64,000 nucleotides of DNA. It comes from an uncultured Cytophagales bacterium (GTDB taxonomy: Bacteria; Bacteroidota; Bacteroidia; Cytophagales; Flammeovirgaceae). The notes under the pieces were generated by a model that was not told the DNA's origin, made no database searches, and was given only the letters and a program-made list of their open reading frames with translations. Where the stretch lies: the NCBI GenBank assembly GCA_963729615.1, contig CAVSOI010000012.1, positions 457,236 to 521,235 on the forward strand, given 5' to 3'. The first letter of the stretch is position 1; each line of letters begins with the position of its first letter. Positions 10,754-21,879 of the stretch are shown piece by piece. A program made the position numbers and the translations under genes.

Positions 10754-11836
10754 ATGGAATTCAATAACAATTATGTAATCATAATGGCTGGCGGAATTGG
10801 AAGTAGATTCTGGCCTTTCAGTCGAACTAACCATCCTAAACAGTTTCAAGATATTTTGGGAACTGGCAAAACCCTGATTCAGCAAACGGCAGAAAGGTTT
10901 GCCGAAATTTGCCCAAAGGAAAATATCTATGTAGTTACCAACGAAAGCTACTACGATTTAGTGAAGGAGCAACTTCCTTTTATGGAAAATGACCAAATTT
11001 TGCAAGAGCCAGTAATGCGAAATACAGCCCCGTGCATTGCTTACGCCACCTATAAAATTGCCTCCAAAAACCCAAAGGCAAACATGATTGTAGCTCCAGC
11101 CGACCATATTATTACCAAAGAGGAAGAGTTTGTGAGAGTAGTGAAGTCTGCCATGGCGGTAACTGCCAAAGAAAATATTTTGGTAACACTCGGCATCAAG
11201 CCAAGTCGCCCAGACACAGGTTATGGCTACATTCAGTATATTGAAGGTCAGAAAAAAGGCAGTTTACTCAAAATAAAAACCTTCACAGAGAAACCGGATT
11301 TAGCCTTGGCAAAAAGCTTCATAGAAAGCGGAGATTTCGTTTGGAATGCAGGAATTTTCATCTGGAATGCAGTAGCAATCAAAGAGAAATTTACTAAATA
11401 TTTACCAGATATTGGCGAGGCTTTCAATGACCTTTCAGATGTATATTATACCGAGAAGGAAGGCAAGAAAATGAAGGAAGCCTATTTCCAATGCCGAAAT
11501 ATCTCCATTGATTACGGAATCATGGAGCAAGCCACTAAAGCTTATGTGCTTCCAGCAAATTTCGGCTGGTCAGATTTAGGCACATGGAATTCGCTATTCG
11601 CCATCTCTGAAAAAGATGAAGATAATAATGTATTGCACGGAAATATTATGACTTATGACACAAAAAACTGCGTAATTAAAACGCCAGAAGGAAGGCTTGT
11701 TGTAGTTCAAGGTTTGGAAAACTACATTATTGCCGAGAAAGACAATGTTTTGCTAATCTGCGAAAAAGACCAAGAGCAGAAAATAAAGCAGTTTGTGGCA
11801 GATGTAAAAGATAAGAAAGGAACGGAATTTTGTTAG
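10754..11836 (+). CDS. manC: Mannose-1-phosphate guanylyltransferase (GDP-mannose pyrophosphorylase)
   Basis: N-terminal YVIIMAGGIGSRFWPFSRTNHPKQF nucleotidyltransferase motif, with overall ManC-like length and pattern. Confidence 0.8.
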   Translation: MEFNNNYVIIMAGGIGSRFWPFSRTNHPKQFQDILGTGKTLIQQTAERFAEICPKENIYVVTNESYYDLVKEQLPFMENDQILQEPVMRNTAPCIAYATYKIASKNPKANMIVAPADHIITKEEEFVRVVKSAMAVTAKENILVTLGIKPSRPDTGYGYIQYIEGQKKGSLLKIKTFTEKPDLALAKSFIESGDFVWNAGIFIWNAVAIKEKFTKYLPDIGEAFNDLSDVYYTEKEGKKMKEAYFQCRNISIDYGIMEQATKAYVLPANFGWSDLGTWNSLFAISEKDEDNNVLHGNIMTYDTKNCVIKTPEGRLVVVQGLENYIIAEKDNVLLICEKDQEQKIKQFVADVKDKKGTEFC

Positions 11837-11849
11837 GGAAGTAATGTAA

Positions 11850-11870
11850 AGTCGTTGCAATGCAACGACT
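11850..11870 (+). terminator. Hairpin agtcgttgcaatgcaacgact downstream of manC
   Basis: 9-bp perfect stem and 3-nt loop. It is followed by an A-run rather than a T-run, so the call is weak. Confidence 0.3.
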
Positions 11871-11908
11871 CTTAAAAAAACAACGCTGATACTAAAGCTG
11901 ATAAAGCT

Positions 11909-12964
11909 ATGATTGAATACATAGAAATAAAGAACTTCAAAAGCATTGAGAACCTGAGAATTTCAGGTTTGAAACGTGTGAATTTAATTTCTGGCAGAAA
12001 CAACACAGGGAAATCTAGTGTGTTGGAGGCTTTGGTTTTGTATGGTTATGGAGTTGATATTGGAGGGATTTCCAGAATTGTGGAAAACAGGCTTGAGAAA
12101 AAAAACAAAAAAACTTTTGAAGACATTTCGATACTACTGAACAGAAATTCCGAGTTGTTTGAGACATTCTCTGTTGAAACTGATTTTTTAAGAATCGTAT
12201 ATGGCTTTCATCCAAATGAAACTACTTCATCTCAAAAATCAAAAAAACACTCTCCACAGGGAGTTGAAAACAAAAAATACATAAAAAAGAACGGCATTGG
12301 ATTTTCTTCATATCTCTATGGCAAGTCTGAAGATATTGAAGATAGCTTGGTTTTAGAAAACCAAGAAGATATCAATAATGCTATTGAAAGCAAATGGAAC
12401 AATAGAGATATATTTGTGGAATGGGTGGATACATTCCGTTCAAAAGATGAAGAACTAGCTCTTATTTACGATAAAATCACTCTAACCGATTTAGAAAACT
12501 CCGTAGTTGAAGGTTTGCAAATTATCGAACCCGACATAGAAAGGCTTGCTTTTGTTTCAGGTAAAACTGGAGAAGGTCGTCATGCAGTTGTGAAAATGAA
12601 AGATAATGGAATTTATCCGCTGAGTGAAATGGGCGATGGTATCAACAGAATCCTTCACATTATACTTTCTTTGGTGAATGCAGAAAATGGGTTTTTGCTG
12701 ATTGATGAAATAGAAAATGGATTGCATTATTCAGCATTGGAACAATTATGGAAAGTGATTTTTGTACTCTCTGAAAAGTTAAATGTGCAAGTTTTTGCCA
12801 CTACTCATAGTGTTGACTGCATCCAATCTTTTGCGCTTCACCCTGATGAAGAAAATAAAAACTATTTCAGATTGGATAAAATCAATGGGGAGATTACCGT
12901 AGAGGATTATTCTTCAGAAGAATTGAAAATTGCTGTTCAGAACGATATTGAAACACGAGCATGA
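11909..12964 (+). CDS. AAA/ABC-type ATPase (AAA_21-like), predicted defence-associated ATPase
   Basis: Walker A GRNNTGKSS; Walker B / D-loop LLIDEIENGLH; H-loop TTHS. Confidence 0.7.
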   Translation: MIEYIEIKNFKSIENLRISGLKRVNLISGRNNTGKSSVLEALVLYGYGVDIGGISRIVENRLEKKNKKTFEDISILLNRNSELFETFSVETDFLRIVYGFHPNETTSSQKSKKHSPQGVENKKYIKKNGIGFSSYLYGKSEDIEDSLVLENQEDINNAIESKWNNRDIFVEWVDTFRSKDEELALIYDKITLTDLENSVVEGLQIIEPDIERLAFVSGKTGEGRHAVVKMKDNGIYPLSEMGDGINRILHIILSLVNAENGFLLIDEIENGLHYSALEQLWKVIFVLSEKLNVQVFATTHSVDCIQSFALHPDEENKNYFRLDKINGEITVEDYSSEELKIAVQNDIETRA

Positions 12965-13582
12965 TGAATGGCAAGCAACATTTATTGGTAGAAGGCAAAG
13001 GAGATGAACACGTCATGTATGCACTTTGCCAGAGGTTCGATTTGGCGAAAAGCTTTGATGTGAAATCCCCAGATGGAATAGATAATTTGTTTAAGCAACT
13101 TCCTGTTGTCTTGAAAAACAAACCCAAAACGGTCGGAATCGTAATTGATGCAGACCAAAATATAGAAAAGCGTTGGGAGAGTTTGAAAAGGTTACTTTCG
13201 CCATTGGGCTATGAATTCCCTAAAAGCCCAACAGAATCAGGGACAATTCTAAGAAGCCCAAACAAAACAACTATCGGGGTTTGGATTATGCCAAACAATA
13301 GGCTGAGTGGAATGCTAGAAGACTTTATGAAATACTTGATTCCAGAAAGACGACAAGCTATTGCCAAAAGCGGAATCAATTTTAAAAGAACTCGAAAAGG
13401 AAGGGATTGAAGGATACAAATCCATTCATCATTCAAAAGCACTGATTCACACTTGGCTTGCTTGGCAAGAAAACCCAGGAACTCCTTTTGGATTGGCAAT
13501 TACAAAAAAGTATTTTTCTACTGATGAAGAAAACTGCAACATATTCATCAATTGGCTTAACGATTTGTTCAATCCAATTTGA
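12961..13582 (+). CDS. DUF4276/TOPRIM-like partner of the upstream ATPase, split by a 1-bp indel in an A4 run (about 13363-13366)
   Basis: The N-terminus LLVEGKGDEHVMYAL carries a TOPRIM-like EG motif. ORF 12961..13410 and ORF 13361..13582 join as ...AIAK/AESILKELEKEG... if caaaag is read as caaag. The gene overlaps the ATPase stop (ATGA). Confidence 0.5.
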
Positions 13583-13937
13583 AGACAATACGATAACTTA
13601 TTAACTCAAATCACGAATTCGCTGATTTCCACTTGCTTTCTCACCTCTTGACCACTACTTTAGTAACATTTGTAGATAAAATAGTTGCAATCGTATTTGA
13701 TAAAACTAATTTGGTAGTGATAAACTGGTAAGGCTAACAAAATAAAAACCATAGCGCAAGCGTCCGCTTGTGACGAGTTATCCATAGAGTAACCTTACCT
13801 CTTTCACACTACCGCTCATTTATCTGCTCACTCCACAAAAGCTAAGCACTTTGTGCTATTTACTAGCGAGGGTCGCACCCTTTTATAATTTCCTATAAGT
13901 GAGATTGTTAAGAGCTCAAAACAGGAAAGTATTCAAG

Positions 13938-14132
13938 CTAGTGCATTGAGTTCTAAGTTATGGTTGGTATTTTTTGGAATATTTTTTTCTTCTACAAAGC
14001 AAAATCTGAATGGTTCGGCAATCCGATGGTTCGACATTTCGACATAGCCTAGCTACGGCTAAGAAATTTAATGCAGTAGAAGGAAAAAAGATACATAAAA
14101 TACAATCACGAACTTAGGAATTGATGCACTAG
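13938..14132 (-). repeat. Repeat family C (MITE with ~20-bp TIRs CTAGTGCAT...), copy 1
   Basis: Bounded by ctagtgcattgagttctaag ... cgaacttaggaattgatgcactag. Homologous to the copies at 33356 and 60438. Confidence 0.8.
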
Positions 14133-14152
14133 ACTATTTACAAGCAGGAAAC

Positions 14153-14602
14153 ATGAAAATCGAAGAAGAAATAAAGCAAAAGAAGTTCGACAACGAATAT
14201 CAGAAAGCCACTTTGAATATTATTTTCACGGCAAGTTGGCTTTCTAGCGAGATTCATGGCGTGCTGAAACCTTTCGGACTTTCCCAAGAGCAGTTCAATG
14301 TATTGCGGATTTTGCGAGGGCAAAATCCTAACCCTTGCTCGCTCGGCACAATTACCGAACGCATGATTGACAAAATGTCCAACGCAACTCGTTTGGTGGA
14401 AAAACTTCGTAAAAACGACTTAGTTTCAAGGGAGATATGCCCAACCAATCGCAGAAAGGTAGATATTTGTATTACCGAAGAAGGCTTGAAACTCCTAGAG
14501 CAAATTGACCCTGCATTGCTGAAAAAATTTGAGGAAATTCAACGAGTGGAAGATAAAGATTTGGAGGTTTTGAATGCGATGCTCGACACTATGCGAGGGT
14601 AA
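14153..14602 (+). CDS. MarR-family transcriptional regulator
   Basis: Winged-helix pattern FNVLRIL...LGTITERMIDKMSNATRLVEKLRKNDLVSRE...RRKVDICITEEG. Confidence 0.75.
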   Translation: MKIEEEIKQKKFDNEYQKATLNIIFTASWLSSEIHGVLKPFGLSQEQFNVLRILRGQNPNPCSLGTITERMIDKMSNATRLVEKLRKNDLVSREICPTNRRKVDICITEEGLKLLEQIDPALLKKFEEIQRVEDKDLEVLNAMLDTMRG

Positions 14603-14756
14603 ATAGATGATTGATTGATTAGATAATTTGCTGATGCGATGATTTTAAAGAAACGAAATTCTAATTCAGAGAATTTTTGATTGACAAGATGGCGAATCGA
14701 AGTCTCCTAACTTCAATTTCTGTATTTTCAAGTTCTTTACCTTTATAAGTAACAAC

Positions 14757-15010
14757 CTAAATAATGGGTTTAAAAATTTGATTATCAGCAGGTTAACTGT
14801 GTTTTTTTTAGTATAGTCAAAAATTAAGATTTAATGTATTGCACTATTTTTAGATTTAATTAAAAACTGTATGTCAATATTTTGACTAAATAAAACAATA
14901 TTAAGTTGCTGATTAGCAATTACTTAATTCATTTTTAATTTTTAATTCTTAATTCTTAATTTCCCCAATCAATAATTGTACTTATCAAATATATAACTCA
15001 TAATTGGGGT
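14757..15010 (+). repeat. Repeat family B (AT-rich, ~270-bp MITE-like), copy 1
   Basis: Starts AACCTAAATAATGGGTTTAAAAAT and ends ACTCATAATTGGGGT, with an internal (TTAATTC)n microsatellite. Near-identical copies lie at 15381, 25226, 43391 and 52033 (reverse). Confidence 0.85.
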
Positions 15011-15039
15011 TAACAGTAAAATAATAACCTGCACATCTC

Positions 15040-15205
15040 TCTTGTTTCTTTTTGGTCCGGAACACGCTGTCTATTCTTCGTTAAAAATCTCGCCATAGTG
15101 TCGGACTGGCGTTCCGGTGCTATGACTGCGATTTTTGCTCGGGGCACGTTGCCTAGACTAGCCTCAAAAATAAACTGCGATAGATGCACACTTTATTTTT
15201 TCGTT
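15040..15205 (-). repeat. Repeat family A, copy 2 (reverse)
   Basis: ctcttgtttctttttggtccggaacacgctgtc ... gcctagactagcctcaaaaataaactgcga is the reverse complement of the copy-1 ends. Confidence 0.8.
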
Positions 15206-15380
15206 GTTACTAAGAGTATGTTTGGATTGACTTTTTGGGAATTTTACGAGATTTTCAGAACAGGCTTTCTAGGCATTTTTGAGATGTATAGTCAAAGCTA
15301 TGTGGGGAGAAAATAACGAAGAAAGCATTTTTGAAAAGGCGTAGAAACCAAAATCAAGTCGATTCAAACATACTCTAAGT

Positions 15381-15653
15381 TACCTAAATAATGGGTTTAA
15401 AAATCTGATTACCAGCAGATCAACTGTATTTTTTTTAAGTATAGTCAAAAATTAAGATTTAATGTATTGCACTATTTTTAGACTTAATTAAAAACTGTAT
15501 GTCAATATTTTGACTAAATAAAATAATACTAAGTTGTTGATTAACAATTACTTAATTCATTTTTAATTCTTCATTCTTAATGGCCAGGCCACCCTGTCTT
15601 CATTTCCCCAATCAATAATTGTACTTATCAAATACATAACTCATAATTGGGGT
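15381..15653 (+). repeat. Repeat family B, copy 2
   Basis: Near-identical to 14757-15010. Carries an extra GGCCAGGCCACCCTGTCTT insert. Confidence 0.85.
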
Positions 15654-15730
15654 AAGTTATTGCAGTCTGGACTCTCCAATTTTCCCAACTCTAAAAATCC
15701 CCAAAATTCCCGATACTGATTTAACTTCAT

Positions 15731-15738
15731 TATCTTTG
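15731..15738 (+). promoter_or_regulatory. Candidate Bacteroidota -7 promoter element TATCTTTG upstream of clpX
   Basis: Matches the TAnnTTTG consensus 69 nt upstream of the ATG. No clean -33 TTG was seen. Confidence 0.25.
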
Positions 15739-15806
15739 CAGATTCAAAAAGAAACTTTTTTGCTTTCCAACGCTTTATAGCTTGGAAATTCAATCACAAA
15801 ACATAC

Positions 15807-17037
15807 ATGAAAAAGAGATTTTGCCATTTTTGCGGTGCTGGAGAAAAAGAAGTTGAATTTTTAATTGCGGGCGTTCATGCCGATATCTGCAATGGTTGCG
15901 TTGACCAAGCGCATGCCATTATGGCAAAAGAGCGTGGGGAAGACCAAAAACCATTGCCTGCTTTGAGCCTGAAGAGTCCGATTGTGATTAAACAGCATTT
16001 GGACGAATATATTATTGGACAGACAAAAGCCAAAAAAGTGCTTTCCGTAGCGGTTTACAATCATTACAAACGTCTGATGCAGAAAGTGAAAGACGATGTG
16101 GTGGTGGAAAAATCCAATATTGTGATGGTTGGCGAAACGGGAACTGGAAAAACTTTATTGGCAAAAACACTCGCCAAAGTCCTCCAAGTTCCATTTTGCA
16201 TTGCTGATGCCACCGTAATTACTGAAGCAGGTTATGTGGGCGAAGATGTGGAAACCATCTTGACCAGATTGCTCCAAGCGGCAGATTACAATGTGGCTGC
16301 AGCCGAAAGAGGAATTGTTTACGTGGATGAAATGGACAAAATTGCTCGGAAATCTGACAATCCATCCATTACGAGAGATGTGAGTGGCGAAGGTGTGCAA
16401 CAGGCAATGCTGAAACTCTTGGAAGGAACGATTGTAAATGTGCCACCACAAGGCGGAAGGAAACATCCTGAGCAGAAAATGGTGGCAATCAACACCGAAA
16501 ATATCTTATTTATTTGCGGTGGAGCTTTTGATGGAATCTCCAGAATCATAGCAAAACGACTAAACACCAAGCCATTAGGTTTTGTGAACGATAAAAACCA
16601 AGGCGTTGAGTTGAACGAAGAAAACTTGTTGCAATACGTAACTTCCCAAGACTTGAAATCATTTGGGTTGATTCCCGAACTCATCGGACGTTTGCCAGTT
16701 GTGGCTCATCTGAATCCGCTCGATAGAGAAGCATTGAGGGAGATTCTGACGAGACCAAAAAATGCGCTTGTCAAACAATATCAACGCCTCTTCGAAATGG
16801 AAGGAATTGAGTTGAACTTTACCGAATCTGCACTTCCAATATATTGTAGATAAAGCAATTGAGTTCAAGTTGGGAGCGAGAGGTTTGCGTTCTATCTGCG
16901 AATCAATTATGCTCGAAACAATGTTCGATATCTCAATCCAAAAAGCTGAGGGCGTGAAGGAAATCATTGTAGATGAAAACTTCGCCCATCGCCATTTCGA
17001 GCTTTCTGGCGAAGCATTTAGGTTAAAGGCAGCGTAA
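15807..17037 (+). CDS. clpX: ATP-dependent Clp protease ATP-binding subunit ClpX, with an apparent 1-bp insertion near 16836-16840 splitting the frame
   Basis: N-terminal C4 zinc finger CHFCG...CNGCV and Walker [13 protein letters not shown]. The ORF ends ...ESALPIYCR*, but the +1 frame continues [22 protein letters not shown]..., the conserved ClpX C-terminus. Reading ccaatatattg as ccaataattg restores [12 protein letters not shown]. Confidence 0.85.
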
Positions 17038-17332
17038 GAAAAGTCTGAAGTCTTTAGTAATAAGTCTTTAGTACAAAGTCAGAAGATAGGATTATTAAAA
17101 TTGCTTACGTAGAGTCTATAAATAGAAGAAAAAAATAGCTGCTTTCAAAAAATACCAACCAGAACTGAGAACTCAATGCACTAGTGCATTAAAATTGACC
17201 GAATTACCTACGTTTGTTGGATTCTAAAAACAATGCTTCAAATAATTCTGTTTGAAATCATATACTTTTTTCAAAAATCACAAATTCCAACTTTGGACTT
17301 AAGACATTGGACTTTGTACTAAACATAAAATT

Positions 17333-17668
17333 ATGGACTTTACAAAAATGATGGGGCAAATGAAAGACATGCAAGCCCGCTTGAAGGAAAGCATGGACAA
17401 AGCCCAAGAAAATTTGGTAAATATCACAACTACTTCCGAAGCAGGTGGTGGAGTGGTAAAGGCACAAATGAACGGAAAGCGTGAGTTGATTGGCTTGAGT
17501 ATTGACCCAGATTTGCTGAAAGCCGAAAACAAGAAAATGGTGCAGGATTTAGTGATTTCCGCTGTGAACATGGCACTTGAAAATATTGAACCAAAAATCA
17601 AAGAGGAAATGCAGAAATCTACCGAGGGAATTGTTCCGAACATTCCTGGAATGAATATGGGGTTTTAA
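17333..17668 (+). CDS. ybaB: YbaB/EbfC family nucleoid-associated protein
   Basis: 111 aa: MMGQMKDMQARLKE...GGGVVKAQMNGKRELIGLSIDPDLL... Confidence 0.8.
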   Translation: MDFTKMMGQMKDMQARLKESMDKAQENLVNITTTSEAGGGVVKAQMNGKRELIGLSIDPDLLKAENKKMVQDLVISAVNMALENIEPKIKEEMQKSTEGIVPNIPGMNMGF

Positions 17669-17783
17669 GATAAATGTACGAATTTGGATGTACGATGTAC
17701 GATTTGCATTAGGTATTTAATCTGAATTCATATTGTACATTTGAGCATATAGAAAAACAACCTTTTGTCATCCAAGATTTGTC

Positions 17784-18296
17784 ATGGAAATAGAACTTAT
17801 TAAAGGAGACATTACCAAAATAAAAGCAGATGTAATTGTCAATGCGGCAAATACATCTTTGCTAGGTGGCGGTGGAGTAGATGGAGCAATTCACAGAGCG
17901 GGAGGAAAACAGATTTTAGAAGAATGCGTTGCAATCAGAAATAAGCAAGGAGGTTGCAAAGTGGGAGAAGCTGTAATTACCAATGCAGGAAATCTCAATG
18001 CGAAAAAGGTAATTCATACGGTCGGCCCAAATTGGAATGACGGAAAATCCATGGAAGAGGAGAAACTAAAAAACTGTTATTCAAATGTTTTAAGGTTAGC
18101 AGAAGAAAATAACCTTTCAGTAATTGCCATTCCCAATATAAGCACAGGAATTTACAGGTTTCCTAAAAAGCTTGCGTCAAAAATCGCTATTTCTGCTGTA
18201 AAAGGGCATCAAAGTACAAGTGTCTCAAAAGTGATTTTTGTCTGTTTTGATGAAGAAAACTTTCAACTATACAAACAAAAGATAGAAACAAGCTAA
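17784..18296 (+). CDS. Macro-domain protein (O-acetyl-ADP-ribose deacetylase-like)
   Basis: [36 protein letters not shown] is the macro-domain signature. Confidence 0.8.
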   Translation: MEIELIKGDITKIKADVIVNAANTSLLGGGGVDGAIHRAGGKQILEECVAIRNKQGGCKVGEAVITNAGNLNAKKVIHTVGPNWNDGKSMEEEKLKNCYSNVLRLAEENNLSVIAIPNISTGIYRFPKKLASKIAISAVKGHQSTSVSKVIFVCFDEENFQLYKQKIETS

Positions 18297-18397
18297 TTTA
18301 TAGTTAACTAAGTTAGAGAATGCAAGTAACAAAAGCTACTTGCATTTTTGCTTTTCCGAAAACAACTCATTCTTAATTTTTAATTCTTCATTCTCAA

Positions 18398-19672
18398 TTG
18401 ATGACTCTAGACCGCACCAAAGCACCCGAAGCAAAACCAGTAACGCATTTCAAGCTGAAACCTGCGCAGAATTTCATGCTCGACAATGGGATTCCCGTTT
18501 GCGTGGTAAGTGGCGGAAGTCAGCCGATTGCCAATTTGCAACTGGTTTTCAATGCGGGGAAATGGCACGAGTCGCACGAAGGACAATCTTACTTTACAGG
18601 AAAAATGCTGGGAGAAGGAACGGAAAGCTTCTCGAACCACGAAATCAGCCAAGTATTTGAGCAACATGGCGTGTTTTGGGCAGTAAGTGCGCATTCCGAT
18701 TGGTTGGAAATGAACTTCTATAGCCTAAACAAGCAACTCAAAAATGTGATGCCCATTATTCAGGAAATGCTCACAAAAGCGACCTTCCCCAAAAAGGAGT
18801 TGGAGCAATTAAAAAACACTGCCATTCAAGACAAAAAAGTGGATTTGGAGAAGTCCAGTTATGTGGCAAGCATGAAATTTAAGGAAATGCTTTTCGGCAA
18901 AACGCATCCTTATGGTTATGCTTTGACTACCGAAAGCATAAAAAACACAAAAGTAGATGCGTTGTTGGAGTTTTATAAAAATGCAATCCAAAGAAACGGT
19001 TTCCAAATATTTTTGGCAGGAGAAATCAACGATTCCCATATTCAGGAATTGAATAACTCCATCGGGAAAATTGATTTTGGAGGTTTCAAAGCGGAAAGTC
19101 CACAATATGACATTCCCGAGACCAAAGTGGGAATCCACCACATCAACTGGGACGATGCTTTACAATCTGCCTTACGGATTGGAAGAACTATTTTCGTGAA
19201 AAGCCACGAAGAGCAAGTTCCTTTCAGCGTAATGAACACGATTTTGGGCGGTTATTTCGGCTCAAGATTGATGCAAAATATTCGGGAAGAAAAAGGCCTG
19301 ACTTACGGAATTTACTCCTCGGTTGCATTCATGAAAAATACGGGGATTTGGTTTGTCTCCGCAGATGTTATCAAAGACAAAAAGGAATTGGCTTTGAAGG
19401 AAATTTATGCGGAAATCGGCAGAATGCGAACAGAGTTGGTTTCTGAAAAGGAGCTGGAGCTAGTGAAGAATTACCTGTGTGGGAACTTCGTAAAATCCAT
19501 CAATTCCCCAATTCCCATTCTAAATTGCCACAAAACAATCATCCAACATAATCTCCCCGCAGATTATTACGATAATTACATTCAGAATGTAAGAGCGGTT
19601 ACTGCCGAGCAAGTGCAGGAAATGGCGAAAAAATATTTGGCAGAAGGGATGTTGGAAGTCGTGGTTGGGTAA
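18398..19672 (+). CDS. M16 (insulinase/pitrilysin)-like peptidase family protein, possibly non-catalytic
   Basis: 424 aa with M16-like domain order, but no clean HxxEH motif was seen. Confidence 0.5.
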   Translation: MMTLDRTKAPEAKPVTHFKLKPAQNFMLDNGIPVCVVSGGSQPIANLQLVFNAGKWHESHEGQSYFTGKMLGEGTESFSNHEISQVFEQHGVFWAVSAHSDWLEMNFYSLNKQLKNVMPIIQEMLTKATFPKKELEQLKNTAIQDKKVDLEKSSYVASMKFKEMLFGKTHPYGYALTTESIKNTKVDALLEFYKNAIQRNGFQIFLAGEINDSHIQELNNSIGKIDFGGFKAESPQYDIPETKVGIHHINWDDALQSALRIGRTIFVKSHEEQVPFSVMNTILGGYFGSRLMQNIREEKGLTYGIYSSVAFMKNTGIWFVSADVIKDKKELALKEIYAEIGRMRTELVSEKELELVKNYLCGNFVKSINSPIPILNCHKTIIQHNLPADYYDNYIQNVRAVTAEQVQEMAKKYLAEGMLEVVVG

Positions 19673-19776
19673 TTTGATTTGAAGTTTGTTTACGAAAAAC
19701 AGCTAATTACTTACGTGAAACAGGCTTCAAAGCAAATGCGCAACATAAGAAAAGGTTTGTTCACTTGAACTTTTTG

Positions 19777-20376
19777 TTACGAATCAGCCTGTTTCTGCCC
19801 ATTTTCCACAGAATCGAAAACCACATTCCTATAAATCTCCGAAAGTTTGATTTCCATATCTACAGAGTTTAACGTAATGCTTGCTTCCATTCCTTTTGCA
19901 TCTCGCAATAGCCAGAAGCCAAATTCATTTTTGGAGAAAATCTCAATGAGTGGTTTGTGCTGGGAAATAAGAATATATTCTTCGAGTGATTCGATATTTC
20001 GGTAAGCCTCAAACTTTTCGCCACGGTCATAACTTTCCGTGCTTTTAGAGAGAACTTCTACGATTATTTTTGGGCTTGTTTCTACTAACTCATCATTTAC
20101 CTCAACATCCCCACAAACGACTGTGCAGTCTGGATAGTAAAAACTATTTTTTTTTAAGACAGATACTTTCAATTCGCTAGAAAAAACTTCGCAACCTTTT
20201 CCTAAAAAAGAATTAGTGAATGATGCGTTTATGCTAGAAATAATTCTACTGTGCCGTCTTGTTCCGTCAGGCATAGCCACAATATAGCCATTGTGATACT
20301 CGTATTTTTCCTTGCTGATTTCCTCTAAATCAAAGTATTCCGATGCGGTATAATATAGCTTTTCTGCTACGCTCAT
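19777..20376 (-). CDS. Uma2-family (DUF820) putative PD-(D/E)xK endonuclease
   Basis: The 199-aa size and the pattern YEYHNGYIVAMPDGTRRHSRII...E...K are typical of Uma2. Confidence 0.6.
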   Translation of the reverse strand: MSVAEKLYYTASEYFDLEEISKEKYEYHNGYIVAMPDGTRRHSRIISSINASFTNSFLGKGCEVFSSELKVSVLKKNSFYYPDCTVVCGDVEVNDELVETSPKIIVEVLSKSTESYDRGEKFEAYRNIESLEEYILISQHKPLIEIFSKNEFGFWLLRDAKGMEASITLNSVDMEIKLSEIYRNVVFDSVENGQKQADS

Positions 20377-20553
20377 AATTCATGGTTTAAATATCCCCTT
20401 TACTAAGTTAATAAATAGAGATTATGAACACAATTTTATTATAGAAGTCATAGACTGGCAGGTCTGAAGACACTGCCAGCTATTCAAATTTTATCTATTC
20501 ATAAGCTCTAATATTCTCGAAATAAAACTCAGCTCAGATTCTTTGAATTTCAA

Positions 20554-21879
20554 CTAATCAATCTTCTCCCTACTGATTTTTTCCAAGGGAATTACCTCAA
20601 ATTTTTCGTTTACAATATCATTTATCATGTCAATCATGTTGTTGATTACTTTCAAATCCATTTCGGTTTCCACATATTTATGGCATATTTTCACAATACT
20701 TTCGGTGTATTCCAACAAGGTTTTTTTGTCTTTTTTGGTGTGTTTATCTGCATAAAGCATATTTTTCAAACTCTCCAACACGTTTAGCATTACTTTCATA
20801 TCTGTTTTACCGTATTCTTGAATTGGAGTGAGATTTTCGTAAAGCAGTTGGTCAAGTGTAATCTCCTTAAAATACAGTCGGATTGTACCTTCCGAATCTT
20901 TTTGGAAAAACTCCTCATTCATCTTCATTTTTTTGATGAAAAGTACCGACAGCACATCTATTGATTTTATGGCCGTGGCAGGGTCGTTGATTCCCGGGCT
21001 GAGTGCTTTCACAGCAATTTCGCAGATTTGCTTGAAGCCGAAAGCATAGTGGTCAGTAATATGTTCTTCGGGATAGAAAATGAAGCATTTCGCCAAATCC
21101 TTCTCAATTTCCTCATTCACTTCTCCAAGAACCCTCAAATAAGGATATCCTTCCACAAAAAAGAAACCATTGGGTTTGGAGATAGCTATAATCAGATTGT
21201 TTTCTTTGCAGATTTTCAGCAGTTTCCCCGTCTGAACCTTTTTGAAGTAGCCAGAAGTGCGAACGTAGAGCGTTTGCCAGTCTTCCGTATAAATTTCCAC
21301 TCGCTCATTGGTCGAGAATTCTTCCATCTTTTTAATGGTCTGCTTGTAGATTTTATTCAACACATTATCCACTTGGATAGAACTGCTAATTGAGTCGATG
21401 AAAAAGATGAACATTGCCAAACAAAGCAATCCGAAAGTTGTAGCGAAGAAAATTCCTATTTTCGGAATTTGATATTCTGCATTGGGGTTTTGGATATTGA
21501 TAATCAACACAAGACAGTAAACAATCGTACCGATATAAAATCCTAAGACCGTTTGGTGCGATTTCTCTCCAATCAAACCGGGAATTACTCTGGGAGAAAG
21601 CGAGGAAGATGCACTATTCAGAACCACCATTACCATAGAGAAGCTGAAGACCATCAGCGAGAAAATGCTCCCGACCAAAGTCCCCAAAATCAACCTGCCA
21701 TCTTCTACGTTGTTGATTAACAGAAAGGAAGCCATCTCTTTCAACTCGTAAAGTCCTTCCAAATACTCTACGTACATGATAATCAATGCGAAGAAGAAAA
21801 ATCCAACCGAAATGAGTGCCGGATAAAAGGCTATTGAAGCAGTAACAAAAAGGAAAACTCTATAGATGAAGTTTTTCAT
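20554..21879 (-). CDS. DUF2254-like integral membrane protein
   Basis: N-terminal TM helices, an LSPRV motif and a soluble C-terminal half of about 250 aa. Confidence 0.5.
   Translation of the reverse strand: MKNFIYRVFLFVTASIAFYPALISVGFFFFALIIMYVEYLEGLYELKEMASFLLINNVEDGRLILGTLVGSIFSLMVFSFSMVMVVLNSASSSLSPRVIPGLIGEKSHQTVLGFYIGTIVYCLVLIINIQNPNAEYQIPKIGIFFATTFGLLCLAMFIFFIDSISSSIQVDNVLNKIYKQTIKKMEEFSTNERVEIYTEDWQTLYVRTSGYFKKVQTGKLLKICKENNLIIAISKPNGFFFVEGYPYLRVLGEVNEEIEKDLAKCFIFYPEEHITDHYAFGFKQICEIAVKALSPGINDPATAIKSIDVLSVLFIKKMKMNEEFFQKDSEGTIRLYFKEITLDQLLYENLTPIQEYGKTDMKVMLNVLESLKNMLYADKHTKKDKKTLLEYTESIVKICHKYVETEMDLKVINNMIDMINDIVNEKFEVIPLEKISREKID

Noticed and set aside
19716-19794. 10-bp inverted repeat gaaacaggct / agcctgtttc, about 58 nt apart, between convergent genes
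   Set aside because: It could be a long-range terminator stem. The spacing is large and the 3' arm overlaps the Uma2 gene's stop region, so there is too little evidence to call it.
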